Below are positions 1-12,822 of a stretch of DNA of 64,000 bases, one piece after another. The position numbers and the translations under genes were made by a program. The notes beneath the pieces were generated by a model that was given only the letters and a program-made list of their open reading frames with translations, ran no database searches and had not been told where the DNA came from. This DNA is from Mobula hypostoma. Lineage: Eukaryota. Each line of letters starts with the position of its first letter. Within the stretch, counting starts at the first letter, position 1. The stretch is taken from NCBI RefSeq assembly GCF_963921235.1, contig NC_086097.1:135844001-135908000 (forward strand). Reading direction: 5' to 3'.

Positions 1-67
1 AACATGGACTGGAGCATATCAGCTTCTCAAGGGGCAGTTTGAGATAGGTAATGTGTAATCCTTGCCT
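1..67 (-). pseudogene. Exon remnant of the mesothelin-like pseudogene (continues beyond window)
   Basis: AG acceptor at 68-69; reads ARITHYLSQTAP*EADMLQSM with an in-frame stop. Confidence 0.3.
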
Positions 68-115
68 CTGATATTCAATGTATTTTAATATTATTGTTGA
101 GAAGCAGCACAGAAT

Positions 116-1223
116 TTCATTGCCACAATCCTGATTGAGAAGTTACAGAACCTGGGCCTCTGTACCACCCTCTGCAATTGGATCCTTGACTTCCTAACTG
201 GAAGACCACAATCTTTGTGGATTGGTGATGATATCTCCTCCTCGTCGACAATAAACTCTGGTGCAGCTCAGGGGTGTGTGCTTAGCCCACTGCTCTTCTC
301 TGTCTATACCCATGACAGTGTGGCTAGGCATAGCTCAAATACCATCAATAAATTTGCTGATGATATGTTGACAGAATCTCAGATGGAGATGAGAAGGCGT
401 ACAGGAGCGAGTTATGCCAACTGGTGGAGTTGCGTCACAGCAACAACTTGGCACTCAACATCAGTAAGACAAAAGTGCTGATTGTGGACTTAAGGAAGGG
501 TAAGAGAAAGGAACACATAACAATCCTCATAGAGGGATCAGAAGTGGAGAGACTGAGCAGTTTCAAGTTCCTGGGTGTCAAGCTCTCTGAGGATATAACC
601 TGGTCCAACATATTGATGCAGCTATAAAAAAGGCAAGGCAGTGACTATACTTCATTAGGAGTTTGAAGAGATTTGGTATGTCAACAAATACACTCAAAAA
701 CTTCTATAGATATACCATGGAGAACATTCTGACAGGCTGCATCACTGTCTGGTATGGGGGTGGGGGACTACTGCACAGGACGGAAAGAAGCTGCAGAGGA
801 TTGTAAATTTAGTCAGCTTCACCTTGGGTACTAGCCTACAAAGTACCCAAGTTCAAGGAACAGTGTCTCAGAAAGGCAGAGTCCATTACTAAGGATCTCC
901 AGCACCCAGGACATGCTCTTTTCTCACTGTTACCGTCAGGTAGGAGGTACAGAAGCCTGAAGGCACACTCTCAGCGATTCAGGAACCGCTTCTTCCCCTC
1001 TGCCATCTGATTCCTAAATGGACATTTAATCTGTGAACACTATCTCACTTTTTAAATATATATTATTTCTGTTTTTGCACGATTTTTAATCTATTCAATA
1101 TACATATATTGTAATTGATTGATTTACTTATTTCTTCTATATTATTTATTGCATTGAACTGCTGCTACTAAGTTAACAAATTTCACGACACATGCTGGTG
1201 ATAATAAACCTGATTCTGATTCT
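116..1223 (+). mobile_element. Rex1/Babar-type LINE, 5'-truncated RT fragment with 3' UTR
   Basis: [24 protein letters not shown] and FKFLGV motifs (ORFs 215-481, 424-627); AATAAA plus (GATTCT)n tail at about 1205-1223. Confidence 0.9.
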
Positions 1224-1231
1224 ATTTCCGA

Positions 1232-1484
1232 GAATAGGCCCTTCCCGCCCCTCGAGCTGCACTGCCCAACAATCCCATGATTTAATCCTAGCCTAATCAT
1301 GGGACAGTTTACAGTGACCAATTAACCTATCAACTGGTACGTCTTTGGGCTGTGAGAAGAAACTGGAGCACCCGGAGGAAACCCATGCGGCCATGGTGAG
1401 AACGTATAAACTTCTTACAGGTAGTGGTGGGAATTGAACCCAGGTCTCTGGTACTGTAAAGCATTGTGCTAACCACTAGCCACT
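1232..1484 (-). mobile_element. tRNA-derived V-SINE (HE1-like)
   Basis: Minus strand shows an A-box-like GTGGCTAGTGGTTAGC, B-box GGGTTCAATTCC and V-domain GGTTTCCTCCGGGTGCTCCAGTTTC. Confidence 0.75.
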
Positions 1485-1534
1485 GTAAAGCATGCTGCTT
1501 CATATATGAACATAAAAGTACAGAAAAGAACATA

Positions 1535-2535
1535 CATGTGATGGTCGTGGATGGTTGTTTTTCAGCTTGGAGGTTTGTGTCCAGTGGTGTGCCGTAGGGT
1601 TCAGTGCTGGGTCCACTATCATCTGTATCGACAATATGCTTGGGGATGACAGCAAAATTGGTGGTACTGTGGACAGTGAAGAAGGTTACATAAGATAACA
1701 GCAGGATCTAGATGAAATGGGGAAATCGATCAAGAAATGGCAGATGGGATGTCACTTGGATAAGTGCGTGGTACTGCATTTTGCTCAGTTAACCTAGGGC
1801 AGGATTTGCACAGTAAATGGCAGAGCCCTGGAGAGTACTGAGGAATGGAGAGACCTAGAGGTGCAGGTGAATAGTTCTGTAAAAAATAGTAACACAGGTG
1901 AACAGGGTAGTTAGTGGGAAAAGATTTGACATGCTTGGTTAGGGCATTGAGTACAAGAGTTGGGACGTCATGTTACAACTGTATGTGTCAGTGAGACCAC
2001 ACTTGGACTGCTGTGTGCAGTTCTGGTCACCCGGCTACAGGAAGGATGTCACGAAACCGGAAAGGGTACGTAAAGGATTCAAAGGACGTACCAGGACTGA
2101 TGGCCCTGAGTTATAAGAAGCAGCAGGATAGGCTGGGTCTTTGCTCTCCAGTGTGCGGGAGGTTGAGGGGTAAGCATAAAAGAGATTTGTGAAATCCTGA
2201 GCTCCATAGATAAGGTGGCTGGTCACACAGTCTTGTTCCCAGGGAAGGGGAGTCCAAAACTAAAAAGCATACGTTCAAGGCGAAGGGGAAAAATCAAAAG
2301 GGACATAAGAGGCAGGTTTTTTACATTGAGGAGGGTAGGGATATGGAATGAGCTGTCAGAGTAAGTGGTAGGGGTGGGTACAATTGTAATGCTTAATTTA
2401 GACAGGTATATGGATATGAAAGCTTTAGAGGGATCTGGGCCAAATGCAGGGAAATGGGACACCTTGGAGATCATGGACGAGTTGAACAAGGGCCTGTATC
2501 CATGCTGTATAGCAATGATTCCATGATTCTATGTT
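1535..2535 (+). mobile_element. CR1 (HER1-like) LINE, degenerate 3' part
   Basis: Decayed SGVPxGSVLGP and RPHLxxCVQFWSP coding; CR1-type 3' tail. Confidence 0.8.
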
Positions 2536-2719
2536 TCAGTGGCTCAGTTTCACTCTGCACAGATGATGCCTGGTCTGCCAAATTAGTGTAGCGAATGCTA
2601 TACTTCCCTGTTTGTCTTTGAGGATTTCCTTATGCCCTGAAAGTCCACCTGTGGTTCGAGTGTGCAAAAGTAGTCAATGACAACTAGTCACTGATGTAGG
2701 AAGTGGGAGCTGAGACAGG

Positions 2720-2920
2720 CACAGAATGATAAAAGCCTGGAGGAACTCAGCAAGTCAGGCAGCATTTATGGGGAGAAATGGACAATTGACTGAGTCCAGT
2801 CTAGATAAAGGGTCTCGACCCGAAGCTTCAACTGTCCAATTCCCTCCATAGATGCTGCCTAACCTGTTGAGCTCCTCCAGCAATTTGTGTGTTGTTCCAG
2901 GTTTCAGCATCTGTGTATCC
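2720..2920. mobile_element. Fold-back Penelope pLTR-derived short element with a decayed hammerhead
   Basis: Inverted arms about 2737-2790 / 2828-2882; centre CAGTCTAGATAAAGGGTCTCGACCCGAAGCTTCAACTG. Confidence 0.75.
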
Positions 2921-3077
2921 AGCCGCAAATTAACATTGAGCCATAGAAGATCTAAGCTGGATGAGTGACTTTAGGGTGCTGGACTGAGGTGGGAGCCCCC
3001 AGTTAAACTATTGTAGTCTCTCTGGTAAAGGTGCTGCTGGAAAAGGGGTTTCAGGATTTAGACCCAGTAATTAATCT

Positions 3078-3645
3078 GTATCAGGATCAGAATATCAGGT
3101 TTATTATTAATAAGATGTGTTGAAAAATTTGTTGTTCTTTGGCAGCAGTATAGTGGAAGACATAAAAAATTACAATAAAGTAAATAAATAAATAGTGCCA
3201 AAGTGAGGTTGTGCTCAAGGATTAATGGACCGTTCAGTAATCTGATGACGGAGGGGAAGAAGCTGTTCCTAAAACATAGAGCATGGGTGTTGAGACTTCT
3301 ATACCTCCTCCCTGATGGCACTAGTGTGAGGAGGACATATCCCGAGTGGTAAGGGTCTTTGATAACGGATGCCGCCTTCTTGAGGCAGTTCCTTTTGAAG
3401 GTGTCCTCAATGATGGCCTGTGATTGGGGTGGCTGAGCCAATAATCCTCTGAAGCCTCCTCTGATCCTCCTGTGCATTGGAGCCTCCATACCAGACGGTG
3501 TTGCATCTAGTCAGATGGTTCTCCACCGTTTAGCTGTAGATACTTGCTAGTCTTCAGTGACATAGCAAAGCTCCTTCATATTCCGAATGAAGAGTGGCCA
3601 CTGGCCTGCCCTCTTCGTGACTGCAGCAATATGTTGGGCCCAAGA
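3078..3645 (-). mobile_element. Rex1/Babar LINE 3' fragment
   Basis: IKDPYHSG..LVPSGRRYRSL..FRNSFFPS C-terminal motif; GATTCT-like tail. Confidence 0.85.
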
Positions 3646-3812
3646 TGAAGGGAAGGTGAGATATTTCCAGGACCAGGTGATGAGAAACTCTGGTTATCTT
3701 GCACCCGCTGCTCTCATCCCCCCTCATGTAGAGGCTGCAGGGTCCTCAGTATCTTGTCTCAGTCACCCTCAATACCAGTCATTAAACTAAAAAGCAAAGG
3801 TGGTTTACTTAC

Positions 3813-3919
3813 GTGTAACAAGAACTTACTCTGAAAAGCAGCACTTCTTCCAGTGGTTTCCCTAAAGAAGCAGGAGATGGAGAACACTTCTTTGAAGCCA
3901 TGGAGCAATACATAGAGGG
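3813..3919 (-). pseudogene. Possible exon remnant
   Basis: AG at 3920-3921; two GTAAGT donors (3824-3829, 3807-3812); open frame PSMYCSMASKKCSPSPASLGKPLEEVLLFR(VSSCY). Confidence 0.3.
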
Positions 3920-4264
3920 CTAGAGTTTTAAAAATGGTAACAAGTACAGATATTACTGTAGGTTTGGGGTGGGCTACTGGGGTATTCTAGGCTAGAAACT
4001 GCCTTGGGTTATGCAGATAATTTACACTGCACAGAGCGACTGGCCTGGGGGAATGAATGCTCAGGGTAGAAGGAGCTGTTCATGGAGGGGTTGGGTGAAA
4101 GGTCACCCACATACAGTTGGGTGTGGCCACCATATAGGGTGGAACCCAATGACATGATTATATAGGGAGGACAAGAAGAGATCCTTGGTAGGGTCTGGCA
4201 GTGCAGGACCAGGAAGGGAGGAAAAGAGGCAGACTGTCATTGTGCTTGACTGGTGGTCATCCGG

Positions 4265-5840
4265 CTTCCAAAGGCATCACTCTTTGGTGGTGTCCTCAAT
4301 GCTGGTGAGGCACGCCCGTGATGGAGCTGGCTGAGTTTTAAACTTTCTGCAGCTCTTTCTGACCCTGTGCAGTGGCCCCTCCAGATCAGATGGTGTTGCA
4401 ACCAGTTAGAATACTCTCCACGGTACACCAGGAGAAATTTGCGAGAGTCTTACGGTGACGTACCAAGTCGCCCCAAACTCCTAATGAAACATAGCCACTG
4501 TCGTGCCTTGTTCACAATTGCATCGATATGTTGGACCCAGGATAGATCTTCAGAGATGCTGACACCTAGGAACATGAAACTGCTCACCCTTTCCACTTCT
4601 GATTCTCAATGAGGACTGGTATGTGTTCCTCAACTTCCCCTTCCATAATGATTTCCTTCATTTACTGATGTTGAGTGCAAGGTTGTTGCTACAATACCAC
4701 TCAGCCATCTGATCTATCTCACTCCTGTACACTTCCTTGTCACAGGCTGAAACTGACAATAATACTTGTGATATCAGCAAATTTATTTCACGTTTAAGCT
4801 GTGCCCAGCCACACAGCCGTGGGTGTAGAGAGAGATAGGACTAAGCACCTATCCTTGAGGTGCACTAGTCTTGATTGTCAGTGAGGAGAAGATGTTATTT
4901 CCAATCCACATTGACTGTGATCTCCCAGTGAGGAAATCAAGGATTCATTTGCAGAGGGAGCTTGTTGATTAGAACTGAAGGCATGATTGGGTTCAAAACT
5001 GAGCTGTAATCAATAAATGATAATTCTTCCAGTTAGTGTGACGCTACTGAATGTGTGTGACAGCTTCTGGTAGTCAAAAAGCTAAAAAATTGACTAAAAT
5101 AACCATTTCTGAGGGAAATTGTGTTAAGTTATCGCTGCAAACAGTGAAGGGGCGAGAGATGGCAAGGTGAGTTTGGGAGATGAGCCGAGATGGTGTGTTG
5201 CAGAATCTTTGCAGATGGAGTTCTGATGCCCATACAGCTGGCCTGGTAGTGATGTTGGATCCCTCTGGGCGCTGAAAGGAGAAGCCAGGGCCCTGGCAGG
5301 GAAGATTCAGTGGTCATTCAACTGGCCTGGGAGCGAGGTTGGATTGCTGTGAGTGCTGAGTTAATCAGAAAGAGCTTGAGAGCAACTCAGGCTGGGTGAC
5401 AGAAACTGGGCTGGAGCAAGTCACTGGGTGGTATGGTCTAGGCCTTTCACAGCAGCACAGCCTGGGTCCTAGTGCGAGGTACGATACACTGTTTAGACTG
5501 CTTTTTATTTTTACTTATTTATATTTTTCTTTAATTAGGTTCTTTCGGGTTTCTTGCTTCTGGCTACCTGTGAGCAAAAGAATCTCAGCGTTGTATAATT
5601 TATACATTTTTTGATAATAAATGAACCTTGAATCTTGAACAAACAGCAGCCTGATGTAGGTATTGCTGTTGACCAGGTAATCCAAGGCTGAGTGGAGAGC
5701 CAGTGAGATTGCATCTGCTTTAGACCTATTATGGCTATTGACAAATTGCAGTGGGTTAAGGAGCATGCTTAGGCAGGAGCTGATTCTAGCCATGACCAAC
5801 CTCTCAATGCATTTCATCACAGTAGACGTGCCAGCTGCCA
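4265..5840 (-). mobile_element. Rex1/Babar LINE fragment, interrupted at about 5018-5640 by a plus-strand non-coding retroposon
   Basis: RT motifs MKCIERLV, DAISLALH and YIRLLF (5515-5841) join directly to IDYSS coding at about 5000-5017. Confidence 0.8.
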
Positions 5841-5957
5841 TACTCTACAGTCTAGGCTCTGGAAGACAGGTATAGTAACACAAAGCAATGAATCTCGAAC
5901 TGGGTAAAACACTGATATGTATTATTCACTTGAACCCAACACATAGGACTGGGCAAC

Positions 5958-6172
5958 ATCTACAAAATGCTGAAGGAACTCAGCAAGTCAGGCAGCTTCT
6001 ACGGAGAGGAATAAGCAATCAACAGTTCAGACTGAGGTCTTTCATCAGAAGACTCGGCCCGAAACGTTGACTGTTTATTCCCCTCCATGGCTGCAGCCTG
6101 ACCTACTGAGCTCCTCCAGCACTTTGTGTGTGTTGCTCAACATTTCCAGCAACTGCAGAATCTCTTGTGTTT
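5958..6172. mobile_element. Fold-back Penelope pLTR-derived short element
   Basis: Inverted arms either side of about 6050; contains hammerhead 3' half CGGCCCGAAACGTTGACTG (6056-6073) and a decayed minus-strand copy. Confidence 0.8.
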
Positions 6173-6527
6173 ACATATATTTGGGTCTGGTTGGAATCAG
6201 TCCAGATACACACGGTCGGGGTTCAGGAGGGGGCAGCTGGCATGATCGTGAACCTGGACTCTGAGGGGCCACCAAGGCGGCGCAGGAAGGAATTAACATC
6301 CAGAGCACCTGGCTGACCCTTGACTGCACAGGCAGGCCCCTCAACATGGTTGTACAGTGAGCAGGAGCCTGATGTGCTCCTGTCATTGTATTATCAGCTC
6401 GTGAAAAGTGCTGAAAGACTATGACTGTGCAGAACACCAGGGCCAGCCTCTGGGCCCTGCTCCCTGACCTTTACACATAAACACATTCCAACAGCAATGA
6501 AGATCCTTGCCTTCTTTTATACCTCAC

Positions 6528-6700
6528 TTGCCATCCAGTCCCTTCTCTTCGCACAACCACTAGAGAGCCAGGAGGACTTCTGCCAATTGTAACGCTCTTA
6601 CTGATCTCTTCGCCAATGTTAGTTCCTTTCAGCAACAGCACAAGAAGCCTATGTGCTCAGTACTGATAATTCAGTGGTGATGGGGGTGGGGAACGAGCAT
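6528..6700 (-). pseudogene. Exon remnant of the mesothelin-like pseudogene
   Basis: GTGAGG donor at 6522-6527; frames EHIGFLC and GTNIGEEISKSVTIGRSPPGSLVVVRREGTGWQ; 5' boundary uncertain. Confidence 0.4.
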
Positions 6701-7679
6701 TGTTTCTCATGTTGTGTATAGATATTAAGTTTGGTATCACCTACAAAGAGAGCCCAAGCCTTGTCAGTGGGAGTCATTGATTCAAGAAAAGAGGAACAGC
6801 TTTAAATGATTTATGCCTGAGTCTAACCATACTAGAGTTTGTAAACAGGCTGAATTATTTCATGATATCAGCTGAATGTGTCCTGTGGGGTGAACATCAC
6901 AAAAAAAACTCCAGTCTCTCTGTCTCTCAGTAGTGCTTGATAAAGAAATCAACAGGCAGTCAAGCTAAAATTGCCTCACAATCCTGCCAATTCTTTTGTG
7001 CGACTTGTTACCAGGCATGGATGGAGTGAAATAAGAGAGTAGGAAATAGGAGAAGGAGGAGATCTTTCAGTCCCTTATTCAACAAGACTACGGCTGATCT
7101 GAAAGCTAAAATTCTGCAGATGCTGGAAACCCGAAGGAAAAACAGAAAATGCTGGGAAGTGGTAGTGGAGGGAAAATTAATGTTTCTGATGAATGATTTT
7201 TGACCTGAAACATTAAGTCTGTTCCAAGGATGCTCCTTGTTTTGCCAAGTATCTTAAATAGCTGTTATTTACCTCACTGACATTTTTCTGCTTATCTTCA
7301 CAGTGCTCAATTTCTCTACAATCCAGAATATATCAGTCTGAGTTCTCAATGAACTAAAATATCTGAGCCTCCACAGGGTCCAGAGTTCATCTCTGAGTGA
7401 AGAAGTGTATCCTTAGCTCAATCCTAGATCTGTCCCTTACTCTGAGAACATAGCCCCTCTAGATTCAAGCAGAGGAAACATCCACCTTGTCAAGACTTCT
7501 GACAACTTTGTGTGCTTCAACAAGTGTGAGCCCAGAAGCAGATGGGACAGGCTTGCTAGGCAACACAGATGACTTGGTGTGAAGAGCCTGCTTCTGTACT
7601 GTATGACTCTATGATTCTTTCTTCACATCTGCTAGTCTCCCACATGCAGTAGAATATAAGAGCTGAGACTTTATAAAAT

Positions 7680-8135
7680 GTTAGTTAGACAACACTTGGG
7701 TGCAGCTCAGATGCCCATCCCACAGGAGGGATGTGGTTGTGCTGTGACAGTGCAGAGGAGATTCAGCAAGATGTTGCCAGTGTTGGAGGACTTTAGTTAT
7801 GTAGAGAGATTGGATAAGTTGGGTTGGTTTCTCCTGGAATGAAAGGGGTTGAGGAATGACCTGATAGAAACATATAAGATCATGGGGGGGGGCATAAAAA
7901 GAGTAGATAATCAAAATTTTTACCACACAGGATAGATATTAAAAACTTGAGGGAATGGGTTTAAAGTTAGTGGCAGTAGTTTCAAAGGGGATTTGTGGGG
8001 AAAGCTTTTTAACTCAGAGCGGTTGATGCCTGGAGCTACTACCAGAGGAAGTGGTGTACTCCGATACAGTTATTACGTTTAAGAAGCATTGAGATAGACA
8101 TTCAATTGGGCAGGGCATCAGGGGATCGAATGGAC
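7680..8135 (+). mobile_element. CR1 LINE degenerate 3' fragment
   Basis: Decayed QRRFxRML and DLIETYKI coding. Confidence 0.7.
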
Positions 8136-8150
8136 CTAATACTCTCATTG

Positions 8151-9338
8151 CTCACTAAGTTTAGTCTTCAGAATCAGAATCAGGTTCACTATCACCGGCA
8201 TGTGATGTGAAATTTGTTAATTTAGCAGCAGCAGCTCAATGCAATACATAATCTAGCAGAGAGAGAGAGAAAAAATAAAATAAAACATAATAATATACAA
8301 ACAAGTAAATCAATTACGTATATAGAATAGATTTTTAAAAATGTGCAAAAACAGAAATGCTCTATATTAAAAAAATTGAGCTGGTGTCCAAAGATTCAAT
8401 GTCCATTTAGGAATCGGATGGCAGAAGGGAAGAAGGTGTTTCTGAATCGCTGAGTGTGTGCCTTCAGGCTTCTGTTACTCCTACCTGATGGTAGCAGTGA
8501 GAAAAGGGCATGCCCTGGGTGCAGGAGGTCTCCAATAATGGATGCTGTCTTTCTGAGACACTTCTCCTTGAAGCTGTCCTGGGTACTTTGCAGGCTAGTG
8601 CCCAAGATGGAGCTGACTAGATTTACAGCCTTCTGCAGCTTCTTTCGCTCCTGTGCAGTAACCCCTCCATACCAGACAGTGATTTAGCCTGTCAGAATGC
8701 CCTCTATAGTACAACTTTCAAAGTTTTTGAGTCTCTTTGTTGACATGCCAAATCTCTTCAAACTCCTAATGAAGTATAGCCGCTGTCTTGCCTTCGTTAT
8801 GACTACATCAATATATTGGAACCAGGTTAGATCCTCAGAGATCTTGACACCCAGAAACTTGAAGCTGCTCACTCTCTCCACTTCTGATCCCTCTATGAGG
8901 ATTGGTATGTGTTCCTTCGTCCTATCCTTCCTGAAGTCCATAATCAGCTCTTTCGTCTTACTGACGTTGAGTGCCAGGTTGTTGCTGCGGCACCACTCCA
9001 CTAGTTGGCATAACTCACTCCTGTACGCCCTCTTGTCACCACCTGAGATTCTACCAACAATGGCTGTATCGTCAGCAAATTTATAGATGGAATTTGAGCA
9101 ATGCCTAGCCACACAGTCATGAGTATACAGAAAGCAGAGCAGTGGGCTAAGCACACACCCCTGAGGTGCGCCAGTGTTGATCGTCAGCGAAGAGGATATG
9201 TTATCACCAATCTGCACAGACTGTGGTCTTCTGGTTAGGAAGTTGAGGATCCAATTACAGATCTTTTGATCTGTTTCTAATGATGAGGTCTTCTCATTCA
9301 GTATAGAGATCAGGGCTGCCAGCTGTTCACTGGAGAAG
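8151..9338 (-). pseudogene. Exon split by the LINE: 9338-9263 plus 8174-8151
   Basis: Strong acceptor TTTCTGTTCCCTCTCCAG ending at 9339; removing the LINE gives [33 protein letters not shown]; its phase fits the 15183 donor. Confidence 0.55.
8175..9262 (-). mobile_element. Rex1/Babar LINE, 5'-truncated, inserted into a host exon
   Basis: ORF 8684-9217 has [18 protein letters not shown] and FKFLGV; ORF 8396-8605 is the C-terminus; (GATTCT)n tail at 8169-8183. Confidence 0.92.
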
Positions 9339-9656
9339 CTGGAGAGGGAACAGAAACAGTATTTAATGCTGGGATATCATTGTTGAAGACACACAACAAG
9401 CATGTTTAACTACTTGCAACAGCCAGTGATCAAAGTTAGGGAGTTTTCCTTTTCTAATTCAGGAACACTGGAGCCAAAGTTCATAAATCTTGTGGCCAAG
9501 GCTATTTGGCCCACGGTGTCCATGCTGGCTTTGCAAGTCCAATGTCCTGTCCATTTCACTGGAACTCTGCAGAATTTTCCTTATTGAGTATTTATCCGAT
9601 ATCTTTTTGAAAGTTCCTGTTGAATCTGCTTTGAACATTTCAATTGATGTTCTTAA

Positions 9657-9998
9657 GTGGCACAGTAGAGCGGAGGGTAGAGCTGCTGGCTAACAGCATC
9701 AAAGGCCCTTGTTCACCCTTGACCTCAGATGCTGTCCCTGTGGAGTTTACATGCTCTCAAAATAACTGTGTGACTTTCTCTGGTTTCCTCCCACATTCCA
9801 ATGACATGGGGGTTGCTAGGTTAATAGGTTGCTGTAAATTGCCCCGTGTGTGAGGGTAAGGAGTACACTCTGGAGGGAGTTAGTGACAATGAGCGGGGAA
9901 TGAAATGTGATTAATGTAGGATTGGTGTAAGTGAGTGGTTGATGGTCAGCACAAACTTGGTGAGGTGAAAGGCCTAAATCTATGTTGTATGACTTTAT
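9657..9998 (+). mobile_element. V-SINE (HE1-like)
   Basis: tRNA-like head GTGGCACAGTAGAGCGGAGGGTAGAGC; V-domain GGTTTCCTCCCACATTCC; CR1-like tail. Confidence 0.7.
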
Positions 9999-10002
9999 AA
10001 CA

Positions 10003-10058
10003 ACCTTGGTGGGTACCCAGACTCTGTATCGACCTTGGTGGGTACCCAGACTCTGTAT
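10003..10058. repeat. Local tandem duplication, period 29 bp
   Basis: ACCTTGGTGGGTACCCAGACTCTGTAT at 10003-10029 and 10032-10058. Confidence 0.9.
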
Positions 10059-10449
10059 AAACCCATGTTGTATAGATGGCCATTTGGGTCACAGCCCCTA
10101 CAGGCTTTCCTTCAGCCAGACTTGGTGAAGGGGCATGGTGGTGGTGGGAGTGGATTATTATTGTCATGGGATGAAAGATCCTGCAGTGTCAGACGTTGAA
10201 TTAGGCCTGGGCTGGAAAGAGATGATTGATGTTGGTTAGAATATGAAACACAGAACATAATAAATATAGGGGAAATATAGCATTTATGAAAATGCTCCTT
10301 GATAGAACATAGAGCAATAAAGCACAGCACAGGTTCTTTGGCCCATCATGTCTGTGTTGATCATGTTGCCAGTTTAAACTACTCCCACCTCTCTGTACAA
10401 GGTGTATATTCCTCTACTCCCTGACTGTTCATGCGATCGTCTGAAATCC

Positions 10450-11130
10450 AGAGGGAGACCAATATCCTTGCATGCAGGTTTCTTAGAACCGTTGGGGAGG
10501 GTTTAAGCTAACTTGGCAGGGGGATGGGAACTGGAGTGATAGGGCAAGGATGGGGCAGTTGGTATGAAGCCATATGTAGTAAGACTATGAGGAAGGACAG
10601 ACAAATAATAGGGCAAAATTGTAGTCAAGGTGAAGTGTAACATGGGGGCAAAATCAAAAAGGGTGATGAATACAGGACTGAAGTTGTTATATTTGAATCC
10701 ACACAGTATATTGAATTGAATTGACTTTATTACTTACATCCTTCATATACACGAGGAGTAAAAATCTTTACGTTATGTCTCCGACTAAATGTGCAATACG
10801 CAATTTATCGTAATTTATAATAAATAGTATGTATGACAGGACAGTCAATATAACATAGAAATACAATTGTATCAACGTGAATTGATCAGTCTGATGGCCT
10901 TGTGGAAGAAGCTATCCCAGAGCCGGTTGGCCCTTCCTTTTATGCTGCAGTATCGTTTCCCGGATGGTAGCAGCTAGAACAGCTTGTGTTTAAGATAGAT
11001 GATCTTGCAGCACAGTCAGAGATTGGCAAGTATGACGTTGTGGGCATCACTGAGTAATGGCTGAAAACAGATGATAGTTGAGAGCTGAGCATCCAAGGAT
11101 ACACACTGTATCAAAAGGACGGCCAAGTAG
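10450..11130 (+). mobile_element. CR1 ORF1-end/ORF2-start fragment interrupted by a minus-strand Rex1-type 3' end (about 10710-10990)
   Basis: TNILACRF..GEGLS* and YDVVGITE*WL coding; (TTCAA)n tail of the inserted piece. Confidence 0.7.
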
Positions 11131-11505
11131 TCTTGGATCCGCAGCCCTGGGGTGGTACTTCTTGCCCACCGCTATTGGACTTTTGAATCAATCACTTCCC
11201 CTTCCCCGTCCCAGTGGTGCAGCTGCATTTTTGGGCTCATAATTTTAGTTCTCTTGGTTACTTTAGCATTTCTTTTTGCATCACTTCAGATCCCCGGTAC
11301 AATAAGATTGACTCTTGACCTCACAATTTACCTCATTATGGTCTCACACCACATTGTCTATCTGTATTGCTCTTTTTCAGTAACTGTAACAATTTATCCC
11401 GTATTCTGATATTGGTTTCCCATGTATTACCTCAATGCACTATTGTACTAGGATGATCTGTTTGGAGGGCATGCAAAACGAAGTTTATTTACTTTACATC
11501 AGTAC

Positions 11506-12692
11506 ATCAGAATCAGAATCAGGTTTAATATCACTGGCATATGTCATGAAATTTGTTAACTTCACGGCAGCAGTCCAATGCCATACATGATCATATAGAA
11601 AAAATAAGTAATTCAATTACAGTATATATATATATAAAATAGTTAAATTGAAAACAGTGCAAAAACAGAAATAATATTAAAAAGTGAGCAACACACACCA
11701 AAGTTGCTGGTGAAGGCAGCAGGCCAGGCAGCATCTCTAGGAAGAGGTACAGTCGACGTTTCCGGCCGAGACCCTTCATCGGGTAAAAGTGAGGTAGTGT
11801 TCATGGGTTCAATGTTCATTTAGGAATTGGATGGCAGAGGGGAAGAAGCTGTTCCTGAATTGCTGGGTGTGTGCCTTCAGGATTCTGTATCTCCTTCCTG
11901 ATGGAACCCATGAGAAAAGGGCATGCCCTGGGTGACGGGGGTTCTTAATAATGGACGTTGCCTTTCTGAGGCACCACTACTAGAAGATATTCTGGATACA
12001 ACAGAGGCTAGTACCCAAGGTGGAGCAGACTAATTTAACAACTTTCTGTTGTTTTCAGTCCTGTACAGTAACCACCCCCCGCCCCATTACCAGACAGTGA
12101 TACAGCTGTCAGAATGCTCTCCATGGTACATCTATTGAAGTTTTTGAGTGTTTTAGGTGACAATCCAAATCTCCTCAAACTCCTGATGAAATATAGCTGC
12201 TGTCCTGGCTTCTTCACAGCTGTATCAATATGATCGATATGTTGGGACCACGTTAGATTCTCAGAGATCATGACATCCAGGAACTTGAAATTGCTCACTC
12301 TCTCCACTTCTGATCCCTCTATGAGGACTGGTTCATGTTTCCTCGTTTTACCCTTCCTGAATTCCACAATCAACTCTTTTGTCTTACCGATGTTGAGAGC
12401 AAGTTTGTTGCTGCAACGCCACTCAACTAGCTGGTTTATCTTGCTCCTATACACCCTCTCGTATCTGTCTGAGATTCTGTCAACAACAGTTGTATCATCA
12501 GTGAATTTATAGGTGGCACGTGAGCTATACTTAGCCACACTGTCATGGGTATAGAGAGAGTAGAGCAGTGGGCTAAGCGCACATCCCTGAGGTGTGCCAG
12601 TGTTGATAGTCAGCAAGGGGGAGGTATTATTACCAATCCACACAGATTGTGGTTTTCTGGTTAGGAAGTCGGGGATCCAGTTGCAGAGGGAG
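11506..12692 (-). mobile_element. Rex1/Babar LINE, 5'-truncated
   Basis: ORF 12035-12739 has CNWIPDFLT, GTPQGCALSPLL and YKFTDD; (GATTCT)n tail at about 11506-11522. Confidence 0.9.
11689..11784 (-). mobile_element. Short Penelope pLTR-derived insertion starting at the hammerhead core
   Basis: TSD AAAAGTGAG at 11680-11688 and 11785-11793; minus strand reads CCGATGAAGGGTCTCGGCCGGAAACGTCGACTG. Confidence 0.85.
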
Positions 12693-12822
12693 ATGTGACA
12701 ATAGTAAACCAATTTACCAATGTACAATTTTTGAACCATTCTGTTCTGCGCTCGTCACTGTATTTATTGTTGTATTTATTATTGCCAAGTGCACTCTTTA
12801 CTCTGTGAGCTTCATGTCAAAG

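Noticed and set aside
1425..1484. tRNA gene
   Set aside because: A/B boxes belong to a SINE head; no full cloverleaf seen
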